A stretch of DNA of 64,000 nt, taken from an uncultured Bacteroides sp. (GTDB lineage: Bacteria; Bacteroidota; Bacteroidia; Bacteroidales; GCA-2748055). The stretch covers positions 2,152 to 66,151 of the forward strand of contig CAZRPW010000002.1 in NCBI GenBank assembly GCA_964601975.1, in the 5' to 3' direction. A program made the position numbers and the translations under genes. A model generated the notes under the pieces. That model worked only from the letters and a program-made list of their open reading frames with translations. It did not search any database and was not told the origin of the DNA. Position 1 is the first letter of the stretch. The number at the start of each line of letters is the position of its first letter. Shown piece by piece: positions 52,914-63,098 of the stretch.

Positions 52914-54748
52914 AGGGTCAGTACAAGTACCCAATCCACCTCCATAGGCATCGAGGTGGCTGGTGGCGCACCGGGATTACGAAGGCCGCCTCCACTGAGC
53001 GAAGTTACTGAACCATCCTGCATTTCACCACCCTCCCGGGGGTTAAACCACTTTACAGAATAGTTCCCGGCTTTATCAAGCCTGATCCCCGCCTTCCCTG
53101 TGCCAGCAGGAAGATAAACCACATACAATTCTCCCGGTTTTGCCAGGCAGTAGGCATCTTTGGGCTCCACGAGTTCATCCATCACCTTCATCTCCTCCAG
53201 GGGAAAACCCTTTACAAATTGTGTGGCCAGGGTAGATTGCTTCCACCAGTTGGCCCGGCTCCGGAAATCTTCACAATTCAGATCGTTGTGTGGAAACCTG
53301 TAGCCGAAATACCATTCAACTCCTCCTCCACCTGCCATCAGGGTACCCCAAAGACAATGGTGCCGGATGGTATCATGGTCCGGATCATGCGAATCGGGCA
53401 TGACTCCTTTGTGGGCCGGACCAATTTCGTCAAGATTTACGACCCACCTTTTCCCGGACTTTTCCGACTCTTCCACCCACTTCAGAACGCGCTCATGAAC
53501 CCTGCGGGGGTCTGCAATCTGCATGGATGGACCATCCAGATACTCAAAACCCAACATGGGAACCAGGTATTCATCCTGGTGCTCATCGTTGGAATGGGTA
53601 TGTAATACCACGTTGGATGGATAGGGATTAACCCTTTTGAGGTAGGCCATCATATCCTTTTTTTGCTGATCGGTCTGACCGATAGGTGACCAGTGGGTGG
53701 GGCCGTTTTCTTCTCCAATATTCCAGGTAACAGCAGCATGGTGACCAAACCTGGCCACCAGTTCACGCAGGTAAACACGTCTCTGAACATCGGTAAAACC
53801 TGCATCCAGCAGTACCTCGTTCTCGGTCTCTTGCAAAACCAGGTGCATCATCATCCCTTTTCTTTCCATATGATCGAATACCAATTCCCACTGATCGAGT
53901 TTACTGCAGTCGAAACGGTAACGCTCACCGTAATCTGAATAAGGCCACACATCCTTTCCATCACCCAGGATATTAAGGGTGAGCATGTATACCGAATTAA
54001 CACCCTCCGAATGCAGGTAATTGATTGCGCCGATCATTCCTTTTCCCTTCCCGTTTTGCCAGGTGGGATCTCCCTCGTGCCAATCAGCCACATGGGTTTC
54101 ATAACTGTGCAGGCTCTCCCTTACATTGGCCTCCCCTTCCCTTACCACCTTCTTCAGGCTAAAACGGGAAGTCTGGTCGAAACCCTCATAGGCCAAAAAG
54201 TTTTCCGGACTATCGGCTCCGTTTTTGATCCACAGATCGCCACTCTCCTGGAAGGTGAAATAACCTTTCCCGCCATTCACAATACGCCCGAGGGCTCGAA
54301 AATCGGGTGCACTCTTATCCGACGCAACAATATCAATACTGCCCTCAGCTCCGTCTGCCTCCATTGGATCGCCCGGATCATCACCATCCACAACGGCAAT
54401 ATTCTTCCCTTTCCTGAAAAGAACCTTGTAATCCCACTGACCTATGGCATCAGGTCTGAAATGAACCTTCCAGACATTGCCATCCCTGGCCGAACTCTCC
54501 GCGGCATTTCCATCGGCTGCATAATAACCGGGGACAGAATAGCTTACATCACCCTGGGTAAAAAGCACCTCCAGCTTATAATCCAGGAATGGATTCGCCT
54601 CGGCCCATTCGGAAGTTGCAGGTCCAGCAATTTCCAAAGTAACCTTATGCCATTGCTGTAGTTCACCTGTAATCTTTACCGGCTCTGTTTTTGTGCTTTG
54701 GCACGAAAAGAACAATGCCACAAATAATATGTAGATGGAGTATTTCAT
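52910..54748 (-). CDS. DUF5060-type N-terminal domain plus TIM-barrel glycoside-hydrolase-like (GH5/DUF4038-like) protein
   Basis: The lipoprotein-like signal is LFFSC|Q. The N-terminal domain reads ITGELQQWHKVTLEIAGPATSEWAEANPFLDYKLEVLF...YYAADGNAAES..G..WKVHFRP. It is followed by a ~400-aa region with a NIGEENG-type acid motif. Confidence 0.6.
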   Translation of the reverse strand: MKYSIYILFVALFFSCQSTKTEPVKITGELQQWHKVTLEIAGPATSEWAEANPFLDYKLEVLFTQGDVSYSVPGYYAADGNAAESSARDGNVWKVHFRPDAIGQWDYKVLFRKGKNIAVVDGDDPGDPMEADGAEGSIDIVASDKSAPDFRALGRIVNGGKGYFTFQESGDLWIKNGADSPENFLAYEGFDQTSRFSLKKVVREGEANVRESLHSYETHVADWHEGDPTWQNGKGKGMIGAINYLHSEGVNSVYMLTLNILGDGKDVWPYSDYGERYRFDCSKLDQWELVFDHMERKGMMMHLVLQETENEVLLDAGFTDVQRRVYLRELVARFGHHAAVTWNIGEENGPTHWSPIGQTDQQKKDMMAYLKRVNPYPSNVVLHTHSNDEHQDEYLVPMLGFEYLDGPSMQIADPRRVHERVLKWVEESEKSGKRWVVNLDEIGPAHKGVMPDSHDPDHDTIRHHCLWGTLMAGGGGVEWYFGYRFPHNDLNCEDFRSRANWWKQSTLATQFVKGFPLEEMKVMDELVEPKDAYCLAKPGELYVVYLPAGTGKAGIRLDKAGNYSVKWFNPREGGEMQDGSVTSLSGGGLRNPGAPPATSMPMEVDWVLVLTL

Positions 54749-54841
54749 ATAAAATATTTTATCTTCAATTGATTTTTGAAGCGATCAAATTAGCTACTTT
54801 CCCTGTGCAAAGCAAATGGATATCTAATATAAGTATTGGCC

Positions 54842-57067
54842 ATGGATTATGATGCCATCATCATCGGCGGCGGACTCGGCGGACTCTCGGCCGGAGCAAT
54901 CCTGGCCAGGAAAGGAAAAAAAGTTTTGCTACTGGAGCAGCACTACGTTCCCGGAGGTTGCGCCACCACTTTCAAACGTAAAGATTTCCTCATGGAAGCA
55001 GGGCTCCATGCCATGGATGGTCACCTGATTGATGAAAGCAAAAACCATTCCCTACTTAGATTTCTGGGGGTTATGAAACACCTGGATTTTCAGACTCTTC
55101 CTGAGTTTTTCCATATTCAGAACAGCCGCATAGATTTCACCTTCCCCAACGGCTCGGAGCAAGCTGTTGAAGCATTGATCAGGGCCTACCCTGACCAGGA
55201 AAAGGGAATCAGGAAATTCTTCAAACTGATTCTTGGAGTTCAGGATGAACTTTCAAAATTCCCTGGAAATACAATTGAAAAAATCTGGAAATTCCCGCTC
55301 TTTCCCATCCTCTTTCCCAACATTCTGAAGACTTTCAGCAGAACCCTTGGATACTTCCTGGATCGCTACATTTCCAACGAGGATTTGAAACTGATCCTCC
55401 AGGGTAACCTGGTTTACTACCATGACGACCCCTATAGCATGTCGATGGTGTTTTTCGCCAAAGCACAGGCAAGCTTCATTCATCATGGTGGATTCTTTGT
55501 GAAGGGAGGATCACAAAAGCTATCCGACTCCCTTGCAAGGGTAATTCAAAAAAACCAGGGCAACATCCTTCTTGGTAAAAGGGTCAACCAGATTTTGCTT
55601 GAAGGGAAAAAAGCAGTGGGGGTTTCATTCAAAGATGCATTCAACCCACGGCTCTCTGAACAAAAGGTTTACGCAGCAAGTATAATTCACAGCGGGGCTG
55701 TGCCCCTGGTTAAAGATTTACTGACTGGCAGTGCACGGAAGATAGTTACCAGAAAGACAAAAGACCTTACGCCCTCCTGCTCCCTATTCTGCATCTACAT
55801 AGGGTTTTCCAGGGAGATTGGGAATCTGACTAAAAGACACTACTCCACCTTCATCTATGGCGATCATGTACAATCCCTCAAACATATCCAAGCGAACAAC
55901 TATGGAAACTGGTCACAGCGAAATTTTGTTTTTGTCAATTACAGCATGATTGATTCGGGACTGGCCCCGGCAGGCAAGAGCTTCGGAACCATTTGCTCGG
56001 CCGATAAGCTGAGCGACTGGGAAGGGCTTGATGAACAAGCTTACAAAATAAAAAAGCAGGAGGTTGCCCTTATTATGCTTGAACGACTCGAAAAAGCTTT
56101 TCCTGGTATTACCCCTCTTATTGAAAGCTATGAAGTTGCCACCTCACGTACCATCAAAAGATACACAATGAATCCCCATGCTGCGCCCTATGGATATGCG
56201 CAAACTCCTTCCCAGGCAGGATTCAAAAGGCCTTCCTACCAGAGCCCGGTCAAAAACCTCTGGTTTTCCGGGAACTGGACCTTTCCCGGGGGTGGATTCA
56301 CCGGCGCACTTGTAAGCGGTTTTCTTTGCGGTCTAAAGGTAAATGATAAGCTCGATAAAAAAGGAATAAGTACTGAAGGGCTGAGATTTAATGATCAGCG
56401 TACAGTGCGCTTAATCGGCAAAAAGGAGATTGCTGACTCAAGCCTGGAGCTGACTTTTGAAAAGCCGAAAGACTTTGTATTTCAGCCTGGACAATACGTC
56501 TATCTTTCACTTAAGGACCCGGCCTATATGGAAATGGATGTCCCCGTCCGCCCGCTATCCATAGCCTCTCATCCGGATACTGATTACCTGAGCTTCATAA
56601 TGAGAAAGAGTAAAAGCAGTTTCAAGCAAAGCTGTGAAGCCCTTCAAACCGGCGACAAGGCCACCATTTATGGTCCGGCCGGGAGCTTCATCCTGCGCCC
56701 TTCCCCAAAAGGTTTTGTATTCCTGGTCTCCGGCATTGGTATTTCTCCTGTCCTGCCCATGCTCGGGGAACTCGAGAAGCGAGGCTATGAGGGCCCGGTC
56801 TGCCTGATCAGTACAAACAGGGAAGAGAAAGGGGCTGCCTTCCATGAAAAACTGATGGAGCCCAAACTTAAGAACTATACCTATGTACCGGTTTTCACCG
56901 GAAAGGAAAAACGTATCTCCGCTGAAACATTAAAAAAAATCCCTGCCGATCTAAGAGAGATGGAATACTATATTGTGGGAACCAGCAACTTTCTCAACTC
57001 CATGACCAGGATGCTGGATGAATGCGGGGTAGGGCGCACCCAAATAAACACTGACGATTTTGGATAA
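54842..57067 (+). CDS. Fusion protein: CrtI/phytoene-desaturase-family FAD oxidoreductase (N-terminal ~510 aa) plus ferredoxin-NADP-reductase-like FAD/NAD(P) module (C-terminal ~230 aa)
   Basis: The N-terminus reads YDAIIIGGGLGGLSAGAILARKGKKVLLLEQHYVPGGCATTF. The C-terminal module carries RPLSIAS (RxYS-type FAD motif), GPAGSF and FLVSGIGISPVLPM (GGxGxxP-type NAD motif). I chose the ATG at 54842. Confidence 0.7.
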   Translation: MDYDAIIIGGGLGGLSAGAILARKGKKVLLLEQHYVPGGCATTFKRKDFLMEAGLHAMDGHLIDESKNHSLLRFLGVMKHLDFQTLPEFFHIQNSRIDFTFPNGSEQAVEALIRAYPDQEKGIRKFFKLILGVQDELSKFPGNTIEKIWKFPLFPILFPNILKTFSRTLGYFLDRYISNEDLKLILQGNLVYYHDDPYSMSMVFFAKAQASFIHHGGFFVKGGSQKLSDSLARVIQKNQGNILLGKRVNQILLEGKKAVGVSFKDAFNPRLSEQKVYAASIIHSGAVPLVKDLLTGSARKIVTRKTKDLTPSCSLFCIYIGFSREIGNLTKRHYSTFIYGDHVQSLKHIQANNYGNWSQRNFVFVNYSMIDSGLAPAGKSFGTICSADKLSDWEGLDEQAYKIKKQEVALIMLERLEKAFPGITPLIESYEVATSRTIKRYTMNPHAAPYGYAQTPSQAGFKRPSYQSPVKNLWFSGNWTFPGGGFTGALVSGFLCGLKVNDKLDKKGISTEGLRFNDQRTVRLIGKKEIADSSLELTFEKPKDFVFQPGQYVYLSLKDPAYMEMDVPVRPLSIASHPDTDYLSFIMRKSKSSFKQSCEALQTGDKATIYGPAGSFILRPSPKGFVFLVSGIGISPVLPMLGELEKRGYEGPVCLISTNREEKGAAFHEKLMEPKLKNYTYVPVFTGKEKRISAETLKKIPADLREMEYYIVGTSNFLNSMTRMLDECGVGRTQINTDDFG

Positions 57068-57070
57068 ATA

Positions 57071-60000
57071 TCAAACGCGTGGAGCCCCTGAGGCCTCTGT
57101 TTGTCTCGAAACAATAGCTGCAGTGCGGATATAGGGAACAATCACATCATTCATCCTGTCACTGGTACCATCGTAGGTGATGGTCACAACCGGAACTCCG
57201 GTCTGCTCCCTGATCTTTTCTGTCATCGCTTCTGTAACCAGTGCAGGACAGCAGAAAGATGGGTTGGTCTGCACGAAAAGAGAAACATCTGGGTAGTTCT
57301 CCATAATGTAAAAAATCTTCAGGAGGTTGTCATAAGACTCTCCCGAATGCAATAGGTCGATGTTATAATCCTTCAGGCTTTTCTCAAGCCTAAGGGGCCT
57401 GATTACCGGCGCCGGACCCAGAATTTTTCTGAATGGTTTGTAATATCTCTCATCCATGAACTTCAAGAGATTCAGAATGACCCTGTTCTTCCCGGTCTCC
57501 ACCCTTTCGCCCCTTTGAATGGCCCGACGGAAAATATTCTCGATGGTGAGCTTTGCATAATCATTATAAGGCGTAACCAGTGCCTCACCACCCGCGTTCT
57601 CTATGGATTTGATCAGGTCCTGGTTCATGATGTGGTTATCCCGGATATACAGGTCACCAAAAATGGCCACCAGCGGCTTTCGCCTGTCCCTGTCATAATC
57701 AATCGCCTCAAACATTCCAAGCCCCTCCCTGATGGCTGCCTCTATGGAGCGCTTGCCTGAAAGGGCTTCTACCAGGATCTGGTGCACCTCCTCATTGACC
57801 GCATCGGTCTCGCCGAAATTCTCCTCGTAGGGCCTGATACGGCAGGCTACTTTCCGGAAGAGCCCTCCCAGCATATAGGCAAAATAGCCGTAATAGGTGG
57901 CTCCGAGCGACAGTTCCCGGTGGGTAAGTTCCCCCGAATAAACAGCTGCCTTCTCCATCCCTTTACCGTAATTCTCGAGGATGCGCTTAATATAGTAGGG
58001 ATATTGTCTGATGTTACAGGTCCCCTTGCTCTCCATCATCCAGAGAATAGTCTTGTCCGGATTAAGCCGGTGGCGCTCAATATAGTCCATGTAATCCTGG
58101 GCAATCACATTGATGGGTAAACACTGTCCCGTATTGTGAACCATGCTTTTCCTGATACCAAGCTCACTTGATTCCAGCAGTCTTGCATCGAAACCCGCCC
58201 GTCTCAGGTTGGCCTCTATCAGGGGGCTTACATACATGTCCCAGTTGGGTATCAGCAAGGTTTTTTGTCCTATCACCTTATCCACCTTTGGGAGCAGGCT
58301 CCCAAGATCGGGATTAGCTTGACTGCCCGCTGAACGGGCGTGGTTTCTGAAGGACCTCAGAGCAGCTTCAACCCTGGTTTCATAGCCCGTATTGGAATCG
58401 TGTTCATCAATCTGTATGACCAGGTAGGGCTTCCCATAGAGATTCATTAAATGCTTGAAATATTCGAGGATGAATGAATCAGGTGCACACTTGAAAGCAG
58501 TCACCAGCACAGGGTAGAGATTCGGGGTCCTGCAGATTTGTTCAGCTGCCCTCATTATATGGGAAGCAAAATGCCAGGGGATTTTCTTTAGCAGCGAATT
58601 AAAAGCATCATCTCTTTGAGCATCCACCGCAACCATATCCTGTGAGTAGGCCCTGATTCCCATATCAGAGAAAATCCTGGGGATGCCTTTGTTGAGTGTT
58701 TCGGAAAGCACCACATAGGGCCTTCCCAGCAATACCACCGATAGGTCACCAGGATCTTTCTGTCCTTCCCGGAATAAACTCTCCAACTCCTCTTTCATAA
58801 ACCTGGCTCCTTCCCGGGCCTTGTGCAGGGCAGCTGAGATATCAGACAACTTCAGCTGATAAAAACCCGCTTTCTTTAATTCCTTCAGAAGTATTGCTCC
58901 ATTAGAATCCCCCGTCTTACTGAAATTTAGCATGGGGCTAATCAGCTTTTGCTTTATTTTATTTCCCTCCAGGAAGGCAAGGGATCCACTATACTGGGTG
59001 TAATAGCAGAAGTTCTGATCGTTTTTCCCCGGACTCAGCCTTGCTTCCAGGTAGATGGGCAAAAAAACGTAATCGCAGGTCTCTGTAAGCATCGCCACAT
59101 GCCCGTACATGGCATCAATGGGTGCACAGAATTCGGCTCCTGCAATCTTTTTCCCTGCCTTGAGAGTATCCTTAAAGCCCTCACTACATACGATTTCAAT
59201 TCCCAGCTCCTTGAAAAACAGCCTCCAGAATGCCTGGTCCTCCACAAGGTGGAGGGTATAGGGCAACCCGATGGAAGGCTGATTTACAGTACTTTTTCCC
59301 TGCCGTGGCCCTATTGCCTTCAGAAGCCGCCTGCGTTCCCTCATCAGGTCGAAGTCCTCCCCTGCCTTCCTTACAAATTTTTTGGTCTCGTAATCTCGTC
59401 CACAGAGAAAACCATAGGCCAGTTTCTCGCCCTTCACCTTTGCCACAGAGATGGTACAATGGTTCAGGCAGAGATCACAAGTCTCGGTCTCCACCGGAAT
59501 CTCCTTTTTATAGAGGTCCAGTCCCCTGAACTTCGAAACACCTTCATGCTCCTCCTTAATGATCAGGGCTGTTCCCAGGGCACCGGTGAGATGACAGAGT
59601 GGGGAAACAAAGAGAGATTTACCCAGACGTTGCTCAAATGCAGCAACAAGGGCCCGGTTTTTTGCGGTGGCTCCCTGGAAGCAGATCTGCTCACCTATGT
59701 GCGCCTCACTGGCCACCTTTTTCAGGTAATTCTCCCGTACGGAATGAATCACAGTGGCAAGCATTTCTTCCACACTATAGCCCTGGCTAAGGAGTTGGTT
59801 GATGTCCCGTTCCATAAATACCGTGCAGCGATCACTTGCAAGTGGAGCCCTCCGTCCCATGGCCAAACGCTCATAATCCTTCAACTGAACGCCCAGCCTG
59901 CCGGCAAGCTCTTCAATGAAACTCCCTGTGCCTGCTGCACAAACCGTATTCATGTGGGAGAAAGTGACCACTCCCCCTTTCATCTGAGTAAACTTTGCGT

Positions 60001-61318
60001 CCTGTCCGCCAATCTCGATAATCGTATCAGTATCCGGATTCAGTTCATAGGCAGCCCTTGCATGGGCAGTAATCTCATCCACATCCTGGTCAGCACCCAC
60101 AATCCCACCAATAAACTTACGGCCCGAGCCCGTAGTCCCACAGCCCAAAAAATCCGGTTCAATACCATGGTCCGACAGCAGGCTGTCCATGGATTCAAAA
60201 ATTGCCTGAACAGCGAGTAGAGGCTGCCCCAGCGTATAAGTATAAAACCCGGCAACCTCTTTGCCGGAAATATCACACAAAACAGATTTTGTACTTGTGG
60301 AACCCACATCGATACCCAGGTAAAATTTAGCTTTGCCACTTGACGGCAATGCATATATGTCCACCTGCACCTTCCCGGAATGACCGCTATGCGAAGCACT
60401 GAACTCCCTGTAGCTGAAAGGCTCCTGCCTGGCAGAAGGATTCACGGGGCCTTCCAGGGCTTCAAAAAAATATTCCTTCTCACCCTGCTCGGCCAGGATC
60501 TTTGAGAAATCCATCAAAGGCATAGTCTTTCCCTCCTTAATCTCTTCAAGCAGCAGGATAGCAGCTCCGAGTGCAGGCAGATGATGAGAGAGGGGATGAA
60601 ACGCTATTTCCTTCCCGATCATGTCCTTAAGATGCTTTAGAACCGAGCGATTCAGGGAGACCCCGCCAGTCATCATTATAGGAGATTCCGGTGCCGATTT
60701 ATTGAAAAGGGTATCGGCGATATTTTCGGCCAGCCCTTTGCAGAGGCTGTCGCAAATGGCTTCCAGGCCATATCCCTTCTGCTGGGCATGAATCAGGTCT
60801 GTTTTAGCAAAAACAGAACACCTGGCAGCAATATCTGGAACAGCACCCCGATTCTGCAGAGCCATCTCAGACAGCTGAGCGGTATCCTTAAGGTTCAGCC
60901 GTAAAGCCTGCTGATCCAGAAAACTACCAGTACCCGCAGCACAGGAGGAACTATGACTGGTATGGGAATACCCCCCATTCTCATCAAGCTCCATGAGGAA
61001 GAAGCGCTCAGCACCTACATGAAGTACCGAACGGGCATTCAGGCCGAGATGTGATATAGCAGCCATCAGGGATACCTGGGTGTCATATATCCTGATCTGC
61101 CGATGAAAGGGAGTTTTTCCCGATGGGGCAGTAATCCCCAGGATCCGTTCAGGTTTATACTGATCGAGTAATTTCACCAGGGTGCTCCTGATATCACCGT
61201 GGTGCAGAGCATACTTGTGATCGATCAAGCTGCCACTTTGATCGATCTGCACCAGGGATATTGATACCGAACCCACATCAAGTCCCAGGATGAATCTATT
61301 TTGCTCACATTTTTTCAT
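57071..61318 (-). CDS. Giant fusion: two BcrAD/BadFG-type (2-hydroxyacyl-CoA dehydratase activator-like) ATPase domains plus a C-terminal dehydratase-component-like (DUF2229-type) region
   Basis: ATPase domain 1 reads FILGLDVGSVSISLV and later CAAGTGSF. ATPase domain 2 reads YLGIDVGSTSTKSVL and later CAAGTGSFIEE. A Cys cluster (ETCDLCLNHCTI) is followed by ~750 aa. I chose the ATG at 61318; the track start at 61357 is a TTG. Confidence 0.75.
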   Translation of the reverse strand: MKKCEQNRFILGLDVGSVSISLVQIDQSGSLIDHKYALHHGDIRSTLVKLLDQYKPERILGITAPSGKTPFHRQIRIYDTQVSLMAAISHLGLNARSVLHVGAERFFLMELDENGGYSHTSHSSSCAAGTGSFLDQQALRLNLKDTAQLSEMALQNRGAVPDIAARCSVFAKTDLIHAQQKGYGLEAICDSLCKGLAENIADTLFNKSAPESPIMMTGGVSLNRSVLKHLKDMIGKEIAFHPLSHHLPALGAAILLLEEIKEGKTMPLMDFSKILAEQGEKEYFFEALEGPVNPSARQEPFSYREFSASHSGHSGKVQVDIYALPSSGKAKFYLGIDVGSTSTKSVLCDISGKEVAGFYTYTLGQPLLAVQAIFESMDSLLSDHGIEPDFLGCGTTGSGRKFIGGIVGADQDVDEITAHARAAYELNPDTDTIIEIGGQDAKFTQMKGGVVTFSHMNTVCAAGTGSFIEELAGRLGVQLKDYERLAMGRRAPLASDRCTVFMERDINQLLSQGYSVEEMLATVIHSVRENYLKKVASEAHIGEQICFQGATAKNRALVAAFEQRLGKSLFVSPLCHLTGALGTALIIKEEHEGVSKFRGLDLYKKEIPVETETCDLCLNHCTISVAKVKGEKLAYGFLCGRDYETKKFVRKAGEDFDLMRERRRLLKAIGPRQGKSTVNQPSIGLPYTLHLVEDQAFWRLFFKELGIEIVCSEGFKDTLKAGKKIAGAEFCAPIDAMYGHVAMLTETCDYVFLPIYLEARLSPGKNDQNFCYYTQYSGSLAFLEGNKIKQKLISPMLNFSKTGDSNGAILLKELKKAGFYQLKLSDISAALHKAREGARFMKEELESLFREGQKDPGDLSVVLLGRPYVVLSETLNKGIPRIFSDMGIRAYSQDMVAVDAQRDDAFNSLLKKIPWHFASHIMRAAEQICRTPNLYPVLVTAFKCAPDSFILEYFKHLMNLYGKPYLVIQIDEHDSNTGYETRVEAALRSFRNHARSAGSQANPDLGSLLPKVDKVIGQKTLLIPNWDMYVSPLIEANLRRAGFDARLLESSELGIRKSMVHNTGQCLPINVIAQDYMDYIERHRLNPDKTILWMMESKGTCNIRQYPYYIKRILENYGKGMEKAAVYSGELTHRELSLGATYYGYFAYMLGGLFRKVACRIRPYEENFGETDAVNEEVHQILVEALSGKRSIEAAIREGLGMFEAIDYDRDRRKPLVAIFGDLYIRDNHIMNQDLIKSIENAGGEALVTPYNDYAKLTIENIFRRAIQRGERVETGKNRVILNLLKFMDERYYKPFRKILGPAPVIRPLRLEKSLKDYNIDLLHSGESYDNLLKIFYIMENYPDVSLFVQTNPSFCCPALVTEAMTEKIREQTGVPVVTITYDGTSDRMNDVIVPYIRTAAIVSRQTEASGAPRV

Positions 61319-61497
61319 AGCGTAGATGAAAAAACTCCCTAAGCTAAATATATTCAATAAATCCTTGTTCTCTAAAGAAAGCGTGCGAAATAAAAGTTCT
61401 TACCTGCCATAAAGCCTGAACAGCATAAAAATGGTAAGAAATAGTCCGTTTTTCAGAATAATTAATCAGTTTTACATTTTAAACCCATTCAGGCCCC

Positions 61498-63075
61498 ATG
61501 AAAAAGCATGTCATTCAAATTCTGATCTCTGTCCTTCTTTTAACTGTAACTCCAATGACCGGATTCGGCCAGCTATCCTCCAGGGAAGTGGACCGTTTGG
61601 TTGAAGATGCCATGGAAAAATTCAATGTGGCCGGCGTGGCCGTAGGGATTGTAAAAGACGGAAAGATTTTCCTTGCAAAAGGCTATGGATTAAAATCGGT
61701 GGAGGGAAAAGAAAAAGTAGATGCTAACACCTCTTTTGCCATAGCCAGCAACAGTAAAGCCTTTACCACAACAGCCCTGGCACTCCTGGTGGAAGAGGGC
61801 AAACTATCCTGGAATGACAGGGTGGTGGAGCACATCCCTGAATTTAAAATGTATAACGAGTACGTCACCCAAAACTTCATTATCCTGGATCTGCTTACAC
61901 ACCGCAGCGGACTTGGACTGGGTGCGGGTGACTTACAATTCTGGCCCTCGGGGTCTGATTTCACAATGGCTGATCTGCTCACCAATTTTCAATATTTCGA
62001 GCCGGTTTCCGCTTTTCGTACCAAATATGACTACGACAACATTCTATACATGGTGGCAGGAGAAGTAATCCGTAGGGTTTCCGGTCAAAGCTGGGAAACT
62101 TATGTGCAGGAGCACATCCTTGACCAGATCGGGATGAAGCACTCATCCACCCTGCCCCCATCCATGTCTGGACTGGAGAACCTGGCCACACCGCATATGG
62201 TAGTGGATGGCAAGCTGGAAACCATTGCCTGGCATGAGCACAACCCGGAGCACATGAATGGTGCCCTGGGAGCAGTCCTCTCCAATGCAAATGATATCAG
62301 CCAGTGGCTGCTGCTTCACCTGAATGAGGGCAGATATGGCGAATCCCTTGAAAAACAACTTTTTTCAGAAGCCACACAGAGGCAAATGTGGAAAATCCAT
62401 ACCACTAAAAATGTAAGGCCCAGCGAAAGATATAATCCGCACTTCGCAGGCTATGGACTGGGCTGGAACCTGGGTGATATGAATGGAAAGATGGTAGTAT
62501 ACCATACCGGGGACCTTTCCGGCATGTTGTCGAAAACCATGATGATCCCCGAACTGGAACTGGGTGTGGTGGTGCTTACAAATTCCTACTACGGGGGTGG
62601 AGGTCTTTTCCAGGCTGTATCACAGACGATTGTGGATGCTTACCTGGGACTGGAACCCTACGACTGGACCGCTTATTACCTGGAAAGGCATGTAAACAGC
62701 CAGGGTAGTGCCGGTACCGAGGTTAATCGGGTTTGGGAAGTTGTAGAAAACGGCGATCACCATGGTATAATAATAGACAACTATGTGGGAATATACAGGG
62801 ATAAGTGGTTTGGCAAGGTGGAGATCTACCTGCAGGATGGGAAACCCTGGTTCAGGTCGTTCCGCTCACCGCAACTCACCGGCCCCATGTACCATTACAA
62901 GGCCAATTCCTTTGCTATCAGATGGGAAAACCGGGAACTGGATGCCGACGCTTTCGCTATTTTCAGCCTGGATGAAGAAGGCCTGGCCCGGCAAATCACC
63001 ATGAAGGGGGTTTCGCCCGACATCGATTTTAGCTACGACTTCCAGGATCTATTTTTTGAACGGGTAAAGGAATAA
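61498..63075 (+). CDS. Serine hydrolase of the class-C beta-lactamase/PBP4-like family with a C-terminal lipocalin-like (DUF3471-type) extension
   Basis: A signal peptide is present. The active-site SxxK (ASNSKAFT), YDN (Y-x-N) and HTG-like YHTGD motifs are present. Confidence 0.8.
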   Translation: MKKHVIQILISVLLLTVTPMTGFGQLSSREVDRLVEDAMEKFNVAGVAVGIVKDGKIFLAKGYGLKSVEGKEKVDANTSFAIASNSKAFTTTALALLVEEGKLSWNDRVVEHIPEFKMYNEYVTQNFIILDLLTHRSGLGLGAGDLQFWPSGSDFTMADLLTNFQYFEPVSAFRTKYDYDNILYMVAGEVIRRVSGQSWETYVQEHILDQIGMKHSSTLPPSMSGLENLATPHMVVDGKLETIAWHEHNPEHMNGALGAVLSNANDISQWLLLHLNEGRYGESLEKQLFSEATQRQMWKIHTTKNVRPSERYNPHFAGYGLGWNLGDMNGKMVVYHTGDLSGMLSKTMMIPELELGVVVLTNSYYGGGGLFQAVSQTIVDAYLGLEPYDWTAYYLERHVNSQGSAGTEVNRVWEVVENGDHHGIIIDNYVGIYRDKWFGKVEIYLQDGKPWFRSFRSPQLTGPMYHYKANSFAIRWENRELDADAFAIFSLDEEGLARQITMKGVSPDIDFSYDFQDLFFERVKE

Positions 63076-63098
63076 GCCCAGGCTCACCAGGAACTGCA

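Noticed and set aside
58949-60220. 423-aa ORF antisense to the giant activase-like gene
   Set aside because: It lies entirely within, and antisense to, a gene with strong domain motifs. The translation is Cys/His/Pro-rich and low-complexity, as expected for an antisense frame. It has no start context and no motifs.
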